From positions 10,912,001 to 10,976,000 of the forward strand of contig NC_081333.1 in NCBI RefSeq assembly GCF_022539665.2: a stretch of DNA of 64,000 nt, in the 5' to 3' direction. The notes under the pieces were generated by a model that saw only the letters and a list, made by a program, of their open reading frames with translations, was not told the DNA's origin and searched no databases. A program made the position numbers and the translations under genes. Positions 26,203-39,926 of this stretch are shown here, in pieces; the first letter of the stretch is position 1; each line of letters starts with the position of its first letter. Source of the DNA: Daphnia carinata. Its lineage: Eukaryota.

Positions 26203-27243
26203 TTCTTTTTTATTTTGTCAAATACCAACCGTTGATGACCATTTATTTGGCATTTTTAATCTCTCCATTTTGATGATCTTCAATTTGAACCCTCTTTGAA
26301 TGTTTTTAACGTTATTATTTTACGTGCGCGATTTTTTTTTTTTTTTTTTTTTTTAAAGGAAATCACTTCATTTTTTTTTCCCTTTTTTAAGACGGGGCCT
26401 TATAAAACCTTGTGTGAACATAGTGATTGTAAAAGGGAGGAAGACTTCGCTCTATTCAACTGTAGGAGGTAATTAAACGAGGCTCTTTTTTAAATCCAGA
26501 ATGCAGTTTACCGCCCACCCCTATTTTTAAATTATTTAAGAAGAATTTTCAAAAGATTGAAAGGCAGCTGAGGCAATGTATTTACCTCGCCAATTTCCTC
26601 TCCCCCCGTTACTTATACCATAACTCCCATCTATCGATGGCTAATCCCCCAAAATGTCTTGTATTCTTATTTGTATTTTTTTTCCCTTCAAAGAGAAAAG
26701 AAAAAAAAAAAACATTTGTATCGCCCGACTTTTATTTTGTCCACTTATTGTGTTCCCCTCCCTCTAATCTGCATTTTTTATTTAAATTAATGAACACTTA
26801 ATCATGTTGACTCCCAAATTCCTCCAACAAGCGGCTTTCATGTGAAATTTATTCTTCCGTGTCTCTGTCAAGCTTTATCAATTTCTTGTCTTCATTTTCA
26901 ACGGCCGTTGAAAAACAGAAAAAAAAAATTCTCTTTCTACGATACGTTTGTGCTCTCGAATTTTTTTTTTCTCTCTACACATATCTGCACACGTAAAACG
27001 TAATTCGACGGTCATTCTACCCTCCTCATGTAAAACTGGAAATAAAGAAAAAAAAACAAATAAAAGCAAATATAGAATGTTGGAAAAATTGTGTTATTCA
27101 TCATCTTGATGTTTTTGATTGGACAGAACAGAAATGGTCAATATGCAAAAATGATAATTTAATGGTTAGGCATTATAAAAAGAAAGGTAACAATAAGCTC
27201 AAGAAAACAATGATCTTTGTTTTGTTTTTTTTTGTTTTGTTTT

Positions 27244-28560
27244 TTATGATGCAATCACTTTGGATTTGTGATTGCGCTCCATTTCTTGCTGGCGGACGCG
27301 AGTGTAGGCGGCGCTGCCGAAAAGGACGACCCAATTGGAGATCCACCAAAGGAACGGTTTCACTTCGCTGTACCAATAGGTTGCCAGCACAGTCTGGGCG
27401 CACGCTTTCGCCGTGCCGGAGATGTTGTGCGTCAGAGGTGACGTCACTTGAATCTGAAGACCCGTCACATAGCCGATGGCGAAGCCGAACACGCCTCCAG
27501 CCACCATCATAGTCCAAAATGTCACATTAGTGTAGCCCTGGAAGGTCATCAACGTCGGCAATTCCCCATTGAGCAACATCAATGGCAGAAAAGGAGACAG
27601 GCGTTCAGGTTATTGTAGTAGCCCAGCAACCAAACACTTTGATCGACGAATGGCAATACTTTTTTGGTATAGATCGAATTGAGCGATACGAACAGGGAGG
27701 CGAGCACTCCATATATGGTTCCCGATATCGATAGTGATCCTATGTATCAGTATTATGCATTAGGTTTTGCATAATAAAAGTGAAAATGTAACTGATTCAT
27801 GACATACCAGCAACACCTTCTTGGTCAACTCCCAGCCAGAAACCCCCAACAATGATGGCGCAACAGACAAGGGCACTAAAAGATGTCTTTTCTCCTAAAT
27901 GTTTGTTATAAAATAAGTCATTTTCTGATGAATTTTTTATAAAGAAAGTCTCACCCAACAAGATCCATGTCATGAGAACGTTGAAGACTGTGGTCAGTGA
28001 CCTTCCAATATAGTAGAATGCCACACCAACATATTTCAAGCATAAATTGTTGAAGGAAATCATGGCAACAAATACCAAAGACAATGGAAGAACCTGCATT
28101 TATGGTTTTTTTAAAAAACACTATCCTTGACTTTTAAGATGTTTAAAAAAAACTTACTTTGAGCATAACTTGTACATCTAAGCCAAGTTCTGGAAATTTT
28201 CCCAAATTTGGGAGAAACTTGGCACCAAATGCTAGAATGGCACACAGGGCGACAGTTACAACACATTGAAACCATGTTACAAATAAAGGTGCATCCACTG
28301 TTGTTCCATTTGTGCTGCCACTTAAAAGAGCTTTATTAATAAAAACTAGTGAAATCGATACAGCCCTGTGAATGAAACAAAATAAAATCAGTGATTTGGA
28401 AAGCAGCTTATGAATTTCAGAATTACCAGTATGCTGTAACGACTGCAAATATTTTCAGGTACTTTTTCAAAAGAGATTCTTCCGCACTAAGCTTTTCCAT
28501 TTTTCTCTTTAAATTTGGCGAACTTATTGGTAAAGACGAATACTGCGGACGTGGATACAT
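27244..28560 (-). CDS. SLC35C1: GDP-fucose transporter 1
   Basis: [85 protein letters not shown]. In-frame ATGs at 28560 and 28500. Confidence 0.95.
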
Positions 28561-28940
28561 CAGAAATTGTACCCAACTAATACTGATCAGCTCTCGTTAG
28601 CGTAGTTTAACGTATGAACAGGTGCCGTGGTTTTCTTGGGAATTTCTAAAGAAAGACAGCGCTCTTTAAATTCACGAGAAAGAATGACTGTCGTTGTGTT
28701 TGTGTACATGTGGCACATATCTGTGCATATGCTTAATAGCCAAATTCCAACCATTGTTTTGAAATGCTGAGCAGATGGCGCTACCGTTGGTTGTAGCAGT
28801 ATGACTCTCCCCCTACGAGATGGCGTTGATGGCGGATTCGAATGAGAGCAGACAACTTTCTCAAATTTGTGTGATTAAGAAAAGAAATCCTTTCAAGTTC
28901 TTAGCTTTTTTATTATCCAAGTTCATGAAAGGTTTTAAAA

Positions 28941-29843
28941 ATGTCCAGAAACTTTGGGTCAAACCTTGGCCAATTACACTTCAAAATTGTACTCCTTGGT
29001 GAAGGCTGTGTCGGAAAAACATCACTAGTCCTGAGATACGTCGAAGACAAGTTTCATGAGAAACATTTCTCAACAATCCAAGTAAGTCAACATAATCACG
29101 AGACCAAGTAAAAAATCAATAAACAAAATTAAATGGTGCTGTCTTCAGGCCTCATTCTTAACTAAAAAGATAAATCTGGAAGGACAACGGGTGACACTGG
29201 CAATTTGGGATACTGCTGGTGAGTCAGGTTAAATTTAGTCATACAACCACTCTATTAGCACACATCACTTATCTGTCAGGTCAGGAGAGATTTCATGCAC
29301 TGGGCCCCATTTACTACAGAGATTCTCATGCTGCCATTCTTGTTTATGACATTACTGACCAAGACTCATTTGTAAAGGTAAAGAGAAAATACTTTTGTTT
29401 TGATGATTGAAATGGAAAGCATACTAATGTTACATCACATTATAAAGGTTCAAAATTGGGTCAAAGAACTCAAGAGGATTTTAGGAGATAAAGTAATTTT
29501 GGCAATTGTTGGAAATAAAACCGATTTGGACAAGGAAAGAAATGTCCCAGCAGATGAAGCGTCAGAGTAAGTGCGTGTCACATACAAATTTAAGGTTAGA
29601 GACTAATCTTCGATTAAAATTTACTCAAGGTATGCCAAGTCCGTAGGAGCGACACACTACCAAACATCGGCAAAAACAAATCGTGGTATTGAAGAACTCT
29701 TCTTGGACGTAACTCAGCAGCTCTTAAGGGTAGCAGAGAGCCAGAATCAACTCAACAGTTCCGCAAACCCGACTAGTAATCGTAACCAAGAAGTGGTTAT
29801 TGTCGACGATAATCCAGCCCCCAAAAAGTCTTGTTGCGGCTAA
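28941..29843 (+). CDS. RAB21: Ras-related protein Rab21 (5 exons)
   Basis: [60 protein letters not shown]-terminal KKSCCG* prenylation motif. Confidence 0.95.
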
Positions 29844-31715
29844 TTTTCGTTTTATTTAGATTCCTTACACTCCACTAATTATTAAATGATTGTTTCCTTA
29901 AATCACTATTCTTCGTTTCACCCAAAGCTATTGGTACTTGAGGTTCGGAAATGTTCACTAAAGTCATGAAACCTGTGGCATCGCATTATCTGGGTCATGT
30001 GTTGGCGGAAAAGCAATCATGTCGTTATTTAGTCACTCCGTGACGGGATAAATTTTTTCTTTTGTAATTATTTGATGGAATGTTGTATTATTTTTAAAAA
30101 TGAAACTTGAAAATACAGATAAATAACACTTTGCCCACCACATAACGCTTTGACTCGCAGTAACTCTTTTCCCGAACAGATTCCCCTGTTTCACAGGGCC
30201 AAGGTTGTCCAAAAGGTGAATGAACCATCCCGCACTTCGCTCTTCATTATTATGGACAGGAAGACCAGATCGTCCTTTCGTAAGGGCCTACGACCGAAGC
30301 GAAACCGGTCTTAGGCTGTTTTCTCTTTTTAGAAATATACTCAATGTGTTGTGCGTGCGTATATATATATATATTTTTGTTTTGGTGTTCTCCCCTTCCC
30401 GTTTGCCCGAGCAAGGTTCAGCCCTAGAGCTAAAATTTATCGTTCATGCCATCCATACGAAAATCTATCGCTAGATGGCATCGTTTTAGCAGTCGGCGTT
30501 TCGCGGTTTGTTTGCAAAATAGACAAAAATTGGCGGCGATTTGAAAGGGCCACAAAGACTTTAGCACATGTACTCGTCGGTTAGGATGACTTGTCATTAA
30601 TTGTATTCAAATTAAACGATAGTGAATGGCATAATCCTAATGGCTGCCTCTCTGGCACACCCAGCGACCTCCCTTTCCTCCCCCCCAGTGAACGGCCAGA
30701 GATAGCGTCGAGGGTATGCAGCTCCTCCCTCCTTCCCCTTTCTATTATAACAACCCAGAGAACCTTCTCTCTCTCTCTCGTTCTTTCTCTCTCTATCTCA
30801 CTTTTTTTTTCTCTCCCTCCCTCCATATGTAGGGTTCTTTTTAGGCCATTTCGGCCTTGGGTAGAGCTGTATAGTTGGTAGTAGCAGCAGCCCAGGGGTT
30901 GTTCAACCCCGCTCACGTAACTTCAGTCAGCAAACAAGCTTCCACGCATTCACTCGTTTGTGCCATCTCTCAAACTCATTTAAGGGACCTTATCTTTAAC
31001 AGGTATGATTTACTCACTTATTTAACTAATAACATTATTCGACACGAAGTTTAAATCGAGGTTAGGTTATTGAACTGAGTACGATGTTTTCCTAAGAACA
31101 GTAAGCATGAGAGAGGGTTGTCATGGCGTTCACTCGACACGCTTCAAAAAAAAGTCTACCCTACTGAATGAAAGAGAACAGTGCATCAAAATAAACATGG
31201 CGACCAAAAATTGGTCGGGTTTAGCTTAAGTGCCATGTTTTCGGGATACAGTTTTTCGAGGAATTTTGTGAGGGAGAGGCACTGTAAAAACAAGGGAATG
31301 GGCCCAATGAAAACGTAACGCCAATGGTTTAAGTTTTTGGAGAAGGACTTTGTGCGTATGTTGTGCATGACTGTGTGCGAACACTTTGTCCAACGTACAA
31401 TCTCATTATTATGTATATTACCCTCCCTTCTTAGGGACAATGTCTCTCCCCCTCTACTGACGCGTGCTAGAGGGGAAAGGGGAAAAAAAGCGAAAAACTT
31501 TTCTAACTTCTCCATTCCCCCAAATTTTTCAGGCGTTCCGGAAGCGAGAGATGCACAACACCCAGCAGAGGTTTCGACCCCCAAAACTATTTGACTTTTA
31601 GGATTTATTTTTAGGAAGGAATTTTGTTACAAGGCTGGAGTCTTCGGAGGCTGTCGACAACAATTTGTCGAAAAAGAAACTCAGCCATTCATTTCGACAT
31701 AGGAAAAACAAGAAA

Positions 31716-32938
31716 ATGTTCAGTTTTCATAAGCCGAAAATCTACCGTTCAGGAACTGGTTGCTGCATTTGTCGCGCAAAATCCAGCAGGTTATTATTTG
31801 CTCTTTTTTAAAAAAATGTTTGATACAATTGTACAATGTAATCTGGATCCGATCAAATTGATTGGAACAACGTCCGTTGAAAGGGAGAGCCAGCTGCAAT
31901 CGATAAAAACACCCCTTCGCTCCGCCCCTTGAGGGAAAGCTTTGGGGATGGTTATGGTTCGTGACCCGAATTCGATCGAGACGCACTCTAACGGACAAAA
32001 TACTATTCCAATTTCGCCTGTTTTTAAATCGTTGTTTATTTATTTTTTCTCGTGTTTGAAATTCAGTTCGAGGTTTACCGATTCGGGGAAATATCAGCCC
32101 TATTTTGAAGCTTGTTTTCATCTAGAGGAGGAACGTTCCGGTGATATATGCAACGCTTGCGTTTTGCTTGTCAAACGCTTTCGCAAGCTTCCCACCGGAT
32201 TGTTACGGCATTGGGGCCATGTCAGTTTGGTCTCACGACGAAGTCGCAAAATGTCCAAAATTAATCATATATTCTGCTTTGATAAATTACAGGTCGTCGA
32301 TGCCCGAGCCAATACCAAAGTCCGTCCTAAACTATCGATAGTGGAAAAGACGCACCAGATAGAAGATGAAGAGGAAGCAGGTGGTGATGACGCTGAGGAC
32401 GATGACGACATCAAATTAGTCTCTAAAGTAATTCGCAAGAAACGCCGAGAAAAACGAGAAGAAAAACATTGGAACCGTTCACGCAGTAAGATAGCAACCA
32501 AGATAGAAAATCAAATGCCCAGCTTTCTGGACCCTCAACTATGGCACAGGTAAGTTTGAATAATTTTAATTAATGTGCAAAAACGAAATTTGATTTCCCA
32601 TTTTTTCTTTAATTGTTTGGCACAGGGAGACAGTGTGCTGTGGAACCATTTTCCGTGGCCCTATGAATGCCATTGTCATTGATACAAACAATTTCCGACC
32701 GTGTTTGGCGCGCCGGTCGAGCCGTGAAGAATCCGTTAGTTCATCTTCGCTTAGTGGCGGCGCCAGCCCTTCTAGTAGTGGATCGCCTGTCGCCACTTCG
32801 TCGCAAATCCATTTTAAGATGGACGCAGACAAGGGATGTGTTAGCGGGGGCGATTCAGAACCTGAAACTGTCGACTTTGACCAAGCATTTAAGAGCCAAA
32901 ACGGCCATTCCAAAATGGCCGTGCCGGCCGCACTTTAG
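31716..32938 (+). CDS. SINHCAF: SIN3-HDAC complex-associated factor (FAM60A), 4 exons
   Basis: MFSFHKPKIYRSGTGCCICRAKSS|SSRFTDSGKY...RSGDICNACVLLVKR...HVVDAR and the later W...VCCGTIFRG motif, as in FAM60A. Confidence 0.95.
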
Positions 32939-33417
32939 GAAATTTTTTCATAGGCGCGCTTCCTCCTTCCGCGACGCGAAACAAAAATCACCTGAAATTT
33001 TTTTACCCAAAAAAATGAACAATAGACCCAATTTCTTTGACTAGCCATTCCTACTTCTACAAGAAGAAAAGGGGAATTCGGCTTAATTTTTAATAGTTCA
33101 ATTTCGTTACAAAAACAAAAATGGCCCAAAACCCATCCCAGTGTTCATCTAGTATCGTGTGGTTGGTCTTTTTTCTCTCTCTCCCAAAGAGAACAAACAC
33201 AAATTAGTTCAAATGTTTTTAAATAATAATTAACACTCTACGTCTCACGTACTTGACAAGAAAAAAAGTAAACAAAAAAAAACATAAGAAGCCATGTGCG
33301 CGTCACTGTACTCTGTGCAGCTTAATTAATCAATAGTCGTGGTTGTGTTTTTTTTTTTCAACGTTTGTTACTGCAATAAACGCAAGTATTGTACCAAAAT
33401 GGTCTTCGTTTATTCTT

Positions 33418-35346
33418 TCACGAGCGTTTTAATCTTTTGAGAAGATTCATTTGAACAGTAGATTCGTTCAGACGAACTAAAAGAGGGTCTTCAGGTACTT
33501 TTTCTTCCGCAGGAGGTGGGAATTGCCAATGATCCATCTTTTCCAACTCGTCGGGAAGTCGGTGTAAGCGAGAGCGGATTTTGTACGCTTCGTGATGATC
33601 AAGTGGTATCTTTTTTATTCCACCTGCTGCTGGACGAAGTAGTACACATGGATGACGATAGGCATAAACATTTCTTAAGTTGGTCAATGTCTCTTCGGTC
33701 AAAAAGACGACTTTCACTTCGCACATCAAAACGTAATCGTTTACTGAAATCTTCCCGAAAAACAACTGGTTAGCTAAAGACAGTTAGATCGATTGTATTG
33801 TATTAGTACTACTCTTTGTTTCCTGATAGAGTTCCAACATTCGGTTTCAAAAATGGCGAGTCCTAGAAACCCAAAAGTGAGTTTACTGCCTTGCGATTCT
33901 TTGGAAATTTGTTCTGTGACTGACGAGGCTTCATGCGTAGTAGACTGTTGACGTTTTTCAAAGGTAAAGATAGTGCCGTCCCAAACACATAAAAAATTTA
34001 AATCTGATGAATCTTCGGACATGCTCACTACCTAAAAGCCAATTACCAAAAATACTGGGTTGCCCTACAAGGTTCAATTAAATCATACCGTTTAAGTATA
34101 AGAATACCTGGCAATACAGGTCACAGACGAGTTGATCAGACAGTTCTCTAAAGGCTCGTATACCTGGATATCTTGTAGGAAGATGATAAATTGGATTTGG
34201 TGTCACATAATCGAAGAATCGATGATTCAACGTCCACCAGAGACTTAGCACACGCACCACAGCAGCTCTTTCCTGAAAACCTGGATTGTTACATGTTGTG
34301 CTTAACACGGTGATTATCCTACAGTACTTGAGTAATGAATCGAGAGATTACTTTCACGGATAACTGGTGCTTTAATATCGGGATGACAATACAAGGTAAT
34401 ATCTGATTTGTTAAATACTCGTCCATCACATCGATTTTTGTACGATTCAATCTGTGGGATCAACGAAACATTAATAGCATTTTTACTAATGGGCACGTTG
34501 GTACATGTTTTACTATACCTTAACGTTAGTAAAACGAACAACGTCACCGCGATGAAATTCTGGATGATCTTCCAGCATATTCATGAACAGGGACATTTTG
34601 AACTCACCAGGGGCCATTTTATCATTTTGATCACCATCAGTAACAGGAATCAGCGAAGGATCTGATATGCATATGAGGGAATGCCATGATGATGTTGTTT
34701 TTGTTGGGAGTTTATTCACAGCTGTAACCACACCAAAAATCTGCAACCTGCTGGTTGTGATGTCAATGTCACTTAATTTTGTATGATTAGTTGGGACCGT
34801 GTACATGTCCTTGACCGTTGCATCAGTTAACCGTCTCATATTCTTCAACAACTGAAAATTACTGTACCCATCAATTACTATTCTTGGCATCACAAGTTTC
34901 CTTTCTGCATTGTTGATCACCAACTTCCCCATTACTTTGTGTTTCTTTGATAGGAAATGGCACACTAACTTTTGTGTAGTTGCCTCAGGTTGACATGTGG
35001 TTGAGGTAGAGTGTTCTCCACTTTCGATACACCATTCAACAAACTTGGTATCTGGTATGCGAGATTTGTAGAATGTAACAGTGTTTCTAACTTTCCCAAA
35101 TTCATTCTGATTTAATTTATGAAAGGGAGAATTTAGGCTAGACTTGTTAGTTCGGAATACTTGGCACAACGATTCAAGAAGAGTTGGTTGTATGTTGTTT
35201 TTTTCTTTCTCATTAAAATACTCCTTTCTTGAACTTTTTGAAATAGGAGCGTAAGAATTATCCGAGAAAGTACAGCCTAGTGATGACATCAGATGAGAAT
35301 CAAACAAATGATTAGGGCGCTGTCCATCGCAATAATTGAATTTCAT
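33418..35346 (-). CDS. POT1: POT1-like telomeric ssDNA-binding OB-fold protein with N-terminal extension (5 exons)
   Basis: OB1-like IFGVV...PTKT...SLICISDPS...GDVVRFTNVK|IESY...DG and OB2-like ELSDQLVCDLYCQ|V...LCVWDGT match POT1 motifs. The start codon is uncertain (35346, or 34806 for a canonical-length N-terminus). Confidence 0.8.
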
Positions 35347-35694
35347 TTCATAAACCACTTTAATACTGCGAATAATATGCGCACCCTAGAAAACAAACAA
35401 ATGCCAACGAACGTCATTTCCGCGCCATTTTTAGCAGACGATAACTACGGAAGTCAAGCTACTTTCCCGTCTAGCAATGAAAGCTTGAACTGACATACGC
35501 GGTTGATGCTGGTAAAACGAAAAGGAATTTGAAAAAACAAAATTTTAACGCACAGTTAAATCTTTAAAAAAACCTCTGCGCACACAAAGGTTCCAAAACT
35601 ATAAATTTTGCCCTATAATGAATTATTTATTATGCTAGCGCATCATTCCATTTTAGTGCTACCGATTTCGACATTAAATAAATCGTCATATTTC

Positions 35695-35776
35695 GACGAG
35701 GTGGCCGAGTGGTTAAGGCGATGGACTGCTAATCTATTGTGCTATGCACGCGTGAGTTCGAATCTCATCCTCGTCG
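35695..35776 (+). tRNA. tRNA-Ser (anticodon GCT), variant copy
   Basis: 82-nt GACGAGGTGGCCGAGTGGTTAAGGCGATGGACTGCTAATC...GTTCGAATCTCATCCTCGTCG with long variable arm, A and B boxes and a downstream T-run. Two substitutions relative to the second copy. Confidence 0.93.
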
Positions 35777-36106
35777 TTATTCGCTTATTCCTTTTTATTT
35801 AAACCACCTATTACTCGCTTTCTATTTAATTCGTGATAGGTTACTTTTTCTGTCGTTCGAATTATCTTCGTCAGTTGTGATATCATTGTACAGTCACCCG
35901 GAAAAGTTTCTTTAGCAGGCAAATGGGTATATATAACTTTACTTCGTTTCCACGGAAGGAATAGCAGGTAAGGATACGTACCGTACCTCTTTACGCTATA
36001 CCTATTTATTTTTCTTTGCTTGGTTATAAACAGATGTTTTATTACGTTAGCGCGTCATTCCATTTCCGGACTTCCGATTTTCATATTGAATAAATCATCA
36101 TTAGAA

Positions 36107-36188
36107 GACGAGGTGGCCGAGTGGTTAAGGCGATGGACTGCTAATCCATTGTGCTCTGCACGCGTGAGTTCGAATCTCATCCTCGTCG
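36107..36188 (+). tRNA. tRNA-Ser (anticodon GCT)
   Basis: 82-nt canonical cloverleaf with anticodon stem ATGGA/TCCAT, variable arm GTGC-TCT-GCAC and a T-run terminator about 15 nt downstream. Confidence 0.97.
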
Positions 36189-36936
36189 ATGATCAACAAT
36201 TCTTTTTAACACCATAAATGGCATTATTATTCGCTTTCTTAGGGTAGCGTTACGACGGGTTACGACGGTAGGACGAGTTACTTTTTTCGTTGCTCGAATT
36301 GTCTTTGCCAGTTACGAGGTTATTCACCAGCTTTTATTATAGGCTGGCGACTTAACCTTAAATTTGTGTGATTCAGAAAAGACAAAAAGAGAATGGAAAC
36401 ACAAACTAATTTTTTTAATTCAATTTATATTCAATCTAAAGATATGACAATCAAGATCACAGATGAAGGGGAGATGGGCAAGACCACGGGGTGCAAAATT
36501 TGAAGGACATCGGCGTTATCTAACGTCTGAGAGAAGCAGTACGTAGATCGTACTGTATGTTTTTGATTTGTTTAATTCTGGTTATTGATGATTTATTCAT
36601 TAACTAATTTTAACCCTATCTTTGATGGAAGAAGCACCATGAAAAATTGACAAATGGCGCCCAAATTACGTTTCTGAAATTATAAAAATGGGTGGGGAAT
36701 GTACAAAAACGTTTCTCCCAGTCGTAGGCGCTAATATCAGCCAAAAAAGTGCCAAAAAATTGCCCACGTTTTTTTTTGCATGGACTTACCCCATCTCCCT
36801 TTCTTCTCTGATCAAGACCATGAAAGAACGCAAAGAATTTCATAAATTGCTCAAACACCTTAGCCATTCACTCGATGCAAAACTGTAGGCAATAAATTTT
36901 GCTTACATATAAAAAGGCTTAAAAAGATACAAATCA

Positions 36937-37753
36937 CTAACTAAATATCTGCTCAGTTGCGCGCTCTAGGTCCCAGTCACAAGATGAAAGTGATGCTCGT
37001 GCGTTCATTTCTGTTACACCAAGATCCTTTAATCGTCGAATTTTGTTCTCGTAGTCTGTGTTGATCGACGGACCTTTCCATACAACCAAAATTTTATTGA
37101 ATCAAAGAATGATGTTTAAATTTTTTTCCTCTTCTCACAGATTTTTTAAACTCACCTCCTGCATAAGCATGTGCCCAATGCTGAGCGGTGAGTTGAAAGA
37201 TCTGAGGTTTTTCTTTACACTGTCTTGCTACAACAGCATCTTGAGGATCATCAGGTTCAGGTGAGGCAAGTAAGGCTTGCAGTGACAGCAGCACTGTTCG
37301 TAGAGTCATGGCAGCAGCCCATTGGTGCTTTTGGCAAATGTGATATTAGCATTGCATGATGTTTAACCTGTTGCTTATTAATGGCTTTACTTTTAAAATG
37401 TCCAGGCAGATAGCTCCAGTTACTGAAGACACATTGGGATGCCAAATTTTTGTGACAAAGCGAACTTTGGGTGGGTTAAATGGATAAGTTTCAGGGATCT
37501 TGATTTCAAGTTGAAATCTAGCTCCTTCATATGGAGTATCAGGAGGACCAGCTATCTCTCCTTTGAGCTCAGAAAAATTTTCTCCAACAAGTTCGACATG
37601 GATGGAACACCGTGCGACCTAAAGACAACGAATGCATAATGACGTTGGTAACAATCAAGGGATTAGAAGTTTGTTACGATATTGCGTTACCTCATCGCTA
37701 TTCAGAACTTCTTTCAGCTCCCTTTTTATACGTTGCACAGCAATATTTGCCAT
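36937..37753 (-). CDS. UBE2K: Ubiquitin-conjugating enzyme E2 K (E2-25K) with C-terminal UBA domain
   Basis: [68 protein letters not shown]-like end ...[12 protein letters not shown]. Confidence 0.95.
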
Positions 37754-38162
37754 GACATAGATTTACTCAGCTAATAGAATTTTGCTTAGTGCCTTTTGAA
37801 GTAATTTGCAATCCAGGAGATGGTTTTTACTTTTTTTCCTGTCGTTACGTACCGATAGTTTTTCTTCTGTATACGTTCCCGAACGCCACCTGGTGCGAAT
37901 TATTATAACGGGAATTCATTAAGACAAAAAAAATTAAGAAACAATTGCTCTAAATTCAAGAGAACCCATTAGACTTAGAATTTTGTTGAATTATTTTATT
38001 TTATTGTCTGTACTGTAAAAAGTTTTCTATTTGATTTTACTCCTATGGTGCGGAAAGCGGTATAATTTTTTACCCAGTTTAGACTGTCGCTTTCGTCTGC
38101 TTGTTTTTCTTTTAGTGTTTAGGAATGAGTTAGGAAAGATCTTACCTCTTTAAAGCTTTAAA

Positions 38163-39693
38163 ATGCAATCTCTGCAAAGTTTTCGTATTTTAGTCAGTAA
38201 CCGGCCTCATTTACCAGCAAAATCGAGCAATCTACGCCAGATTTTTTTTACAGGTGGTAAGTGGACTGGTCGAGGGGGCTCTTCAAGATTACAACCGAAC
38301 CGAAGGGTGGAACTCACACCTGCCGAACCTAACATATTACCAGAAGGCAATGGACGTTTGATAGGACCAATTTTTTTCACAGTTGGGGTACGGTTTCTTA
38401 GTTCCATTTTTCCTGCAGCTTTTTTATAAATTGTTAGATGTTTTGTTCATTATCAAGTTTACAGGGTCATGCTTGTCCTTGGCTGCTATTTGGGAATATG
38501 AAAATATGAGAAAGAAAGCACTACAGTTCAAACAAAAAGCTACAGGATGGATTCAAAGGCAGCAAAATTTGAAACATGTAACAAATATTTTACAGAGTCT
38601 TGGAATGCATGGTCTCATGGATTGCTCCCAATACAGGGTGATTTAAGAAATCATATGAACCATTGGTGGAATAGTCAGACAGAAGAACAGAAATTATTTT
38701 ATGGTATTTTGCTGGCAAATGCAACAGTTCTGTTGGCATGGAGAATCCCTTCATTGAAAAACTTCATGACATTATATTTTTGCTCTAACCCATTTGCAAG
38801 TAAATTAAAAGTTGAAAATGTATGCAATGGGTTTCTATCTCTACTGACCTAAGCTTGGTTCTGAAGGAGCTGTTTGTTGGCCAATGGTGTTTTCAACATT
38901 TTCCCACTACTCCTTTCTACATTTTGGAGCCAATATGTATGTTCTTCAGTCTTTTATGAATGGTAAGGTTCCTCCTAAAGTCATGCAATGTATCAATCAT
39001 ATTCTTCAATTTTTTTTTTACGTAATCTAGTTTATTATTTTTTTCTTTGTCATTAGCTACCGCACACTCGATGGGCAAAGAACAATTTTTAGGTTTCTAC
39101 CTATCTGCCGGGGTCGTCTCATCGTTGGCCAGCCACATCTTTAAAACAGCTTTGCGCATGCCTGGCCTTTCCCTTGGAGCAGTAAATTACAAACTATTTA
39201 AATTTTTTCCGTCAAATTTGAAATCTATATCTTTGGAATCGTTGTCAAGTCTGGAGCTGTTATGGGTGTTCTTGCTTATTTTTGCTCTCAGCACCCCAAC
39301 GCTTTACTCCAAGTGGCATTTGTTCCTGGTTTCACCTTCACTGCCGATTCAGTGAGTTTTATTTCATTAAATTTTATATTTCACATAATTTTTCTTCCAT
39401 ATTATTCTAATTCAAAATTATCGGTAATACTAGGGTCTGAAGGCGCTACTTTCGTTCGATGCAATAGGTTTGGTAATGCGTTGGAAGCTATTTGATCATG
39501 CAGCACATTTGGGTGGTGCCCTATTTGGACTGTACGTAACTTGTGTTATCCATTAATATGACTGTACCTTACGTTGTTATAATTTTGTTTTAGGTTTTGG
39601 AGTTATTGGGGACAAAAAGAGATATGGGGTCGTAGAGTGCACTTTTTGCAAGTATGGCACGAATTCCGAACAGGAACCAGATCAGACAAATAA
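38163..39693 (+). CDS. PARL: Mitochondrial rhomboid protease PARL (rhomboid-7)
   Basis: Basic N-terminal presequence, [25 protein letters not shown], catalytic GA|SGA serine motif and [12 protein letters not shown] histidine motif. Confidence 0.95.
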
Positions 39694-39926
39694 AGAGGTA
39701 TACATCACCCTGTGTCTATTTTTCCGGAAACAAAAACAAAAACAAATATTAAACCGTAATGTTACAAGGATCGAAAAGCGTTCGCTAAATGAATGAAGCA
39801 CATAGTTTTGTGACGTGGCAGTGATATGACTTGAACGTAAGAAAAAGTGATTCACATTTGCTTTTTCAACTTGTAGTATGCACATGGGCCTGCCTGCTGA
39901 CCGCATTTCACTTTTATTGCCCAATC

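Noticed and set aside
35608..36217. Two similar 64-65 aa ORFs suggesting a duplicated small protein
   Set aside because: The shared peptide is simply the translation of the tRNA-Ser genes.
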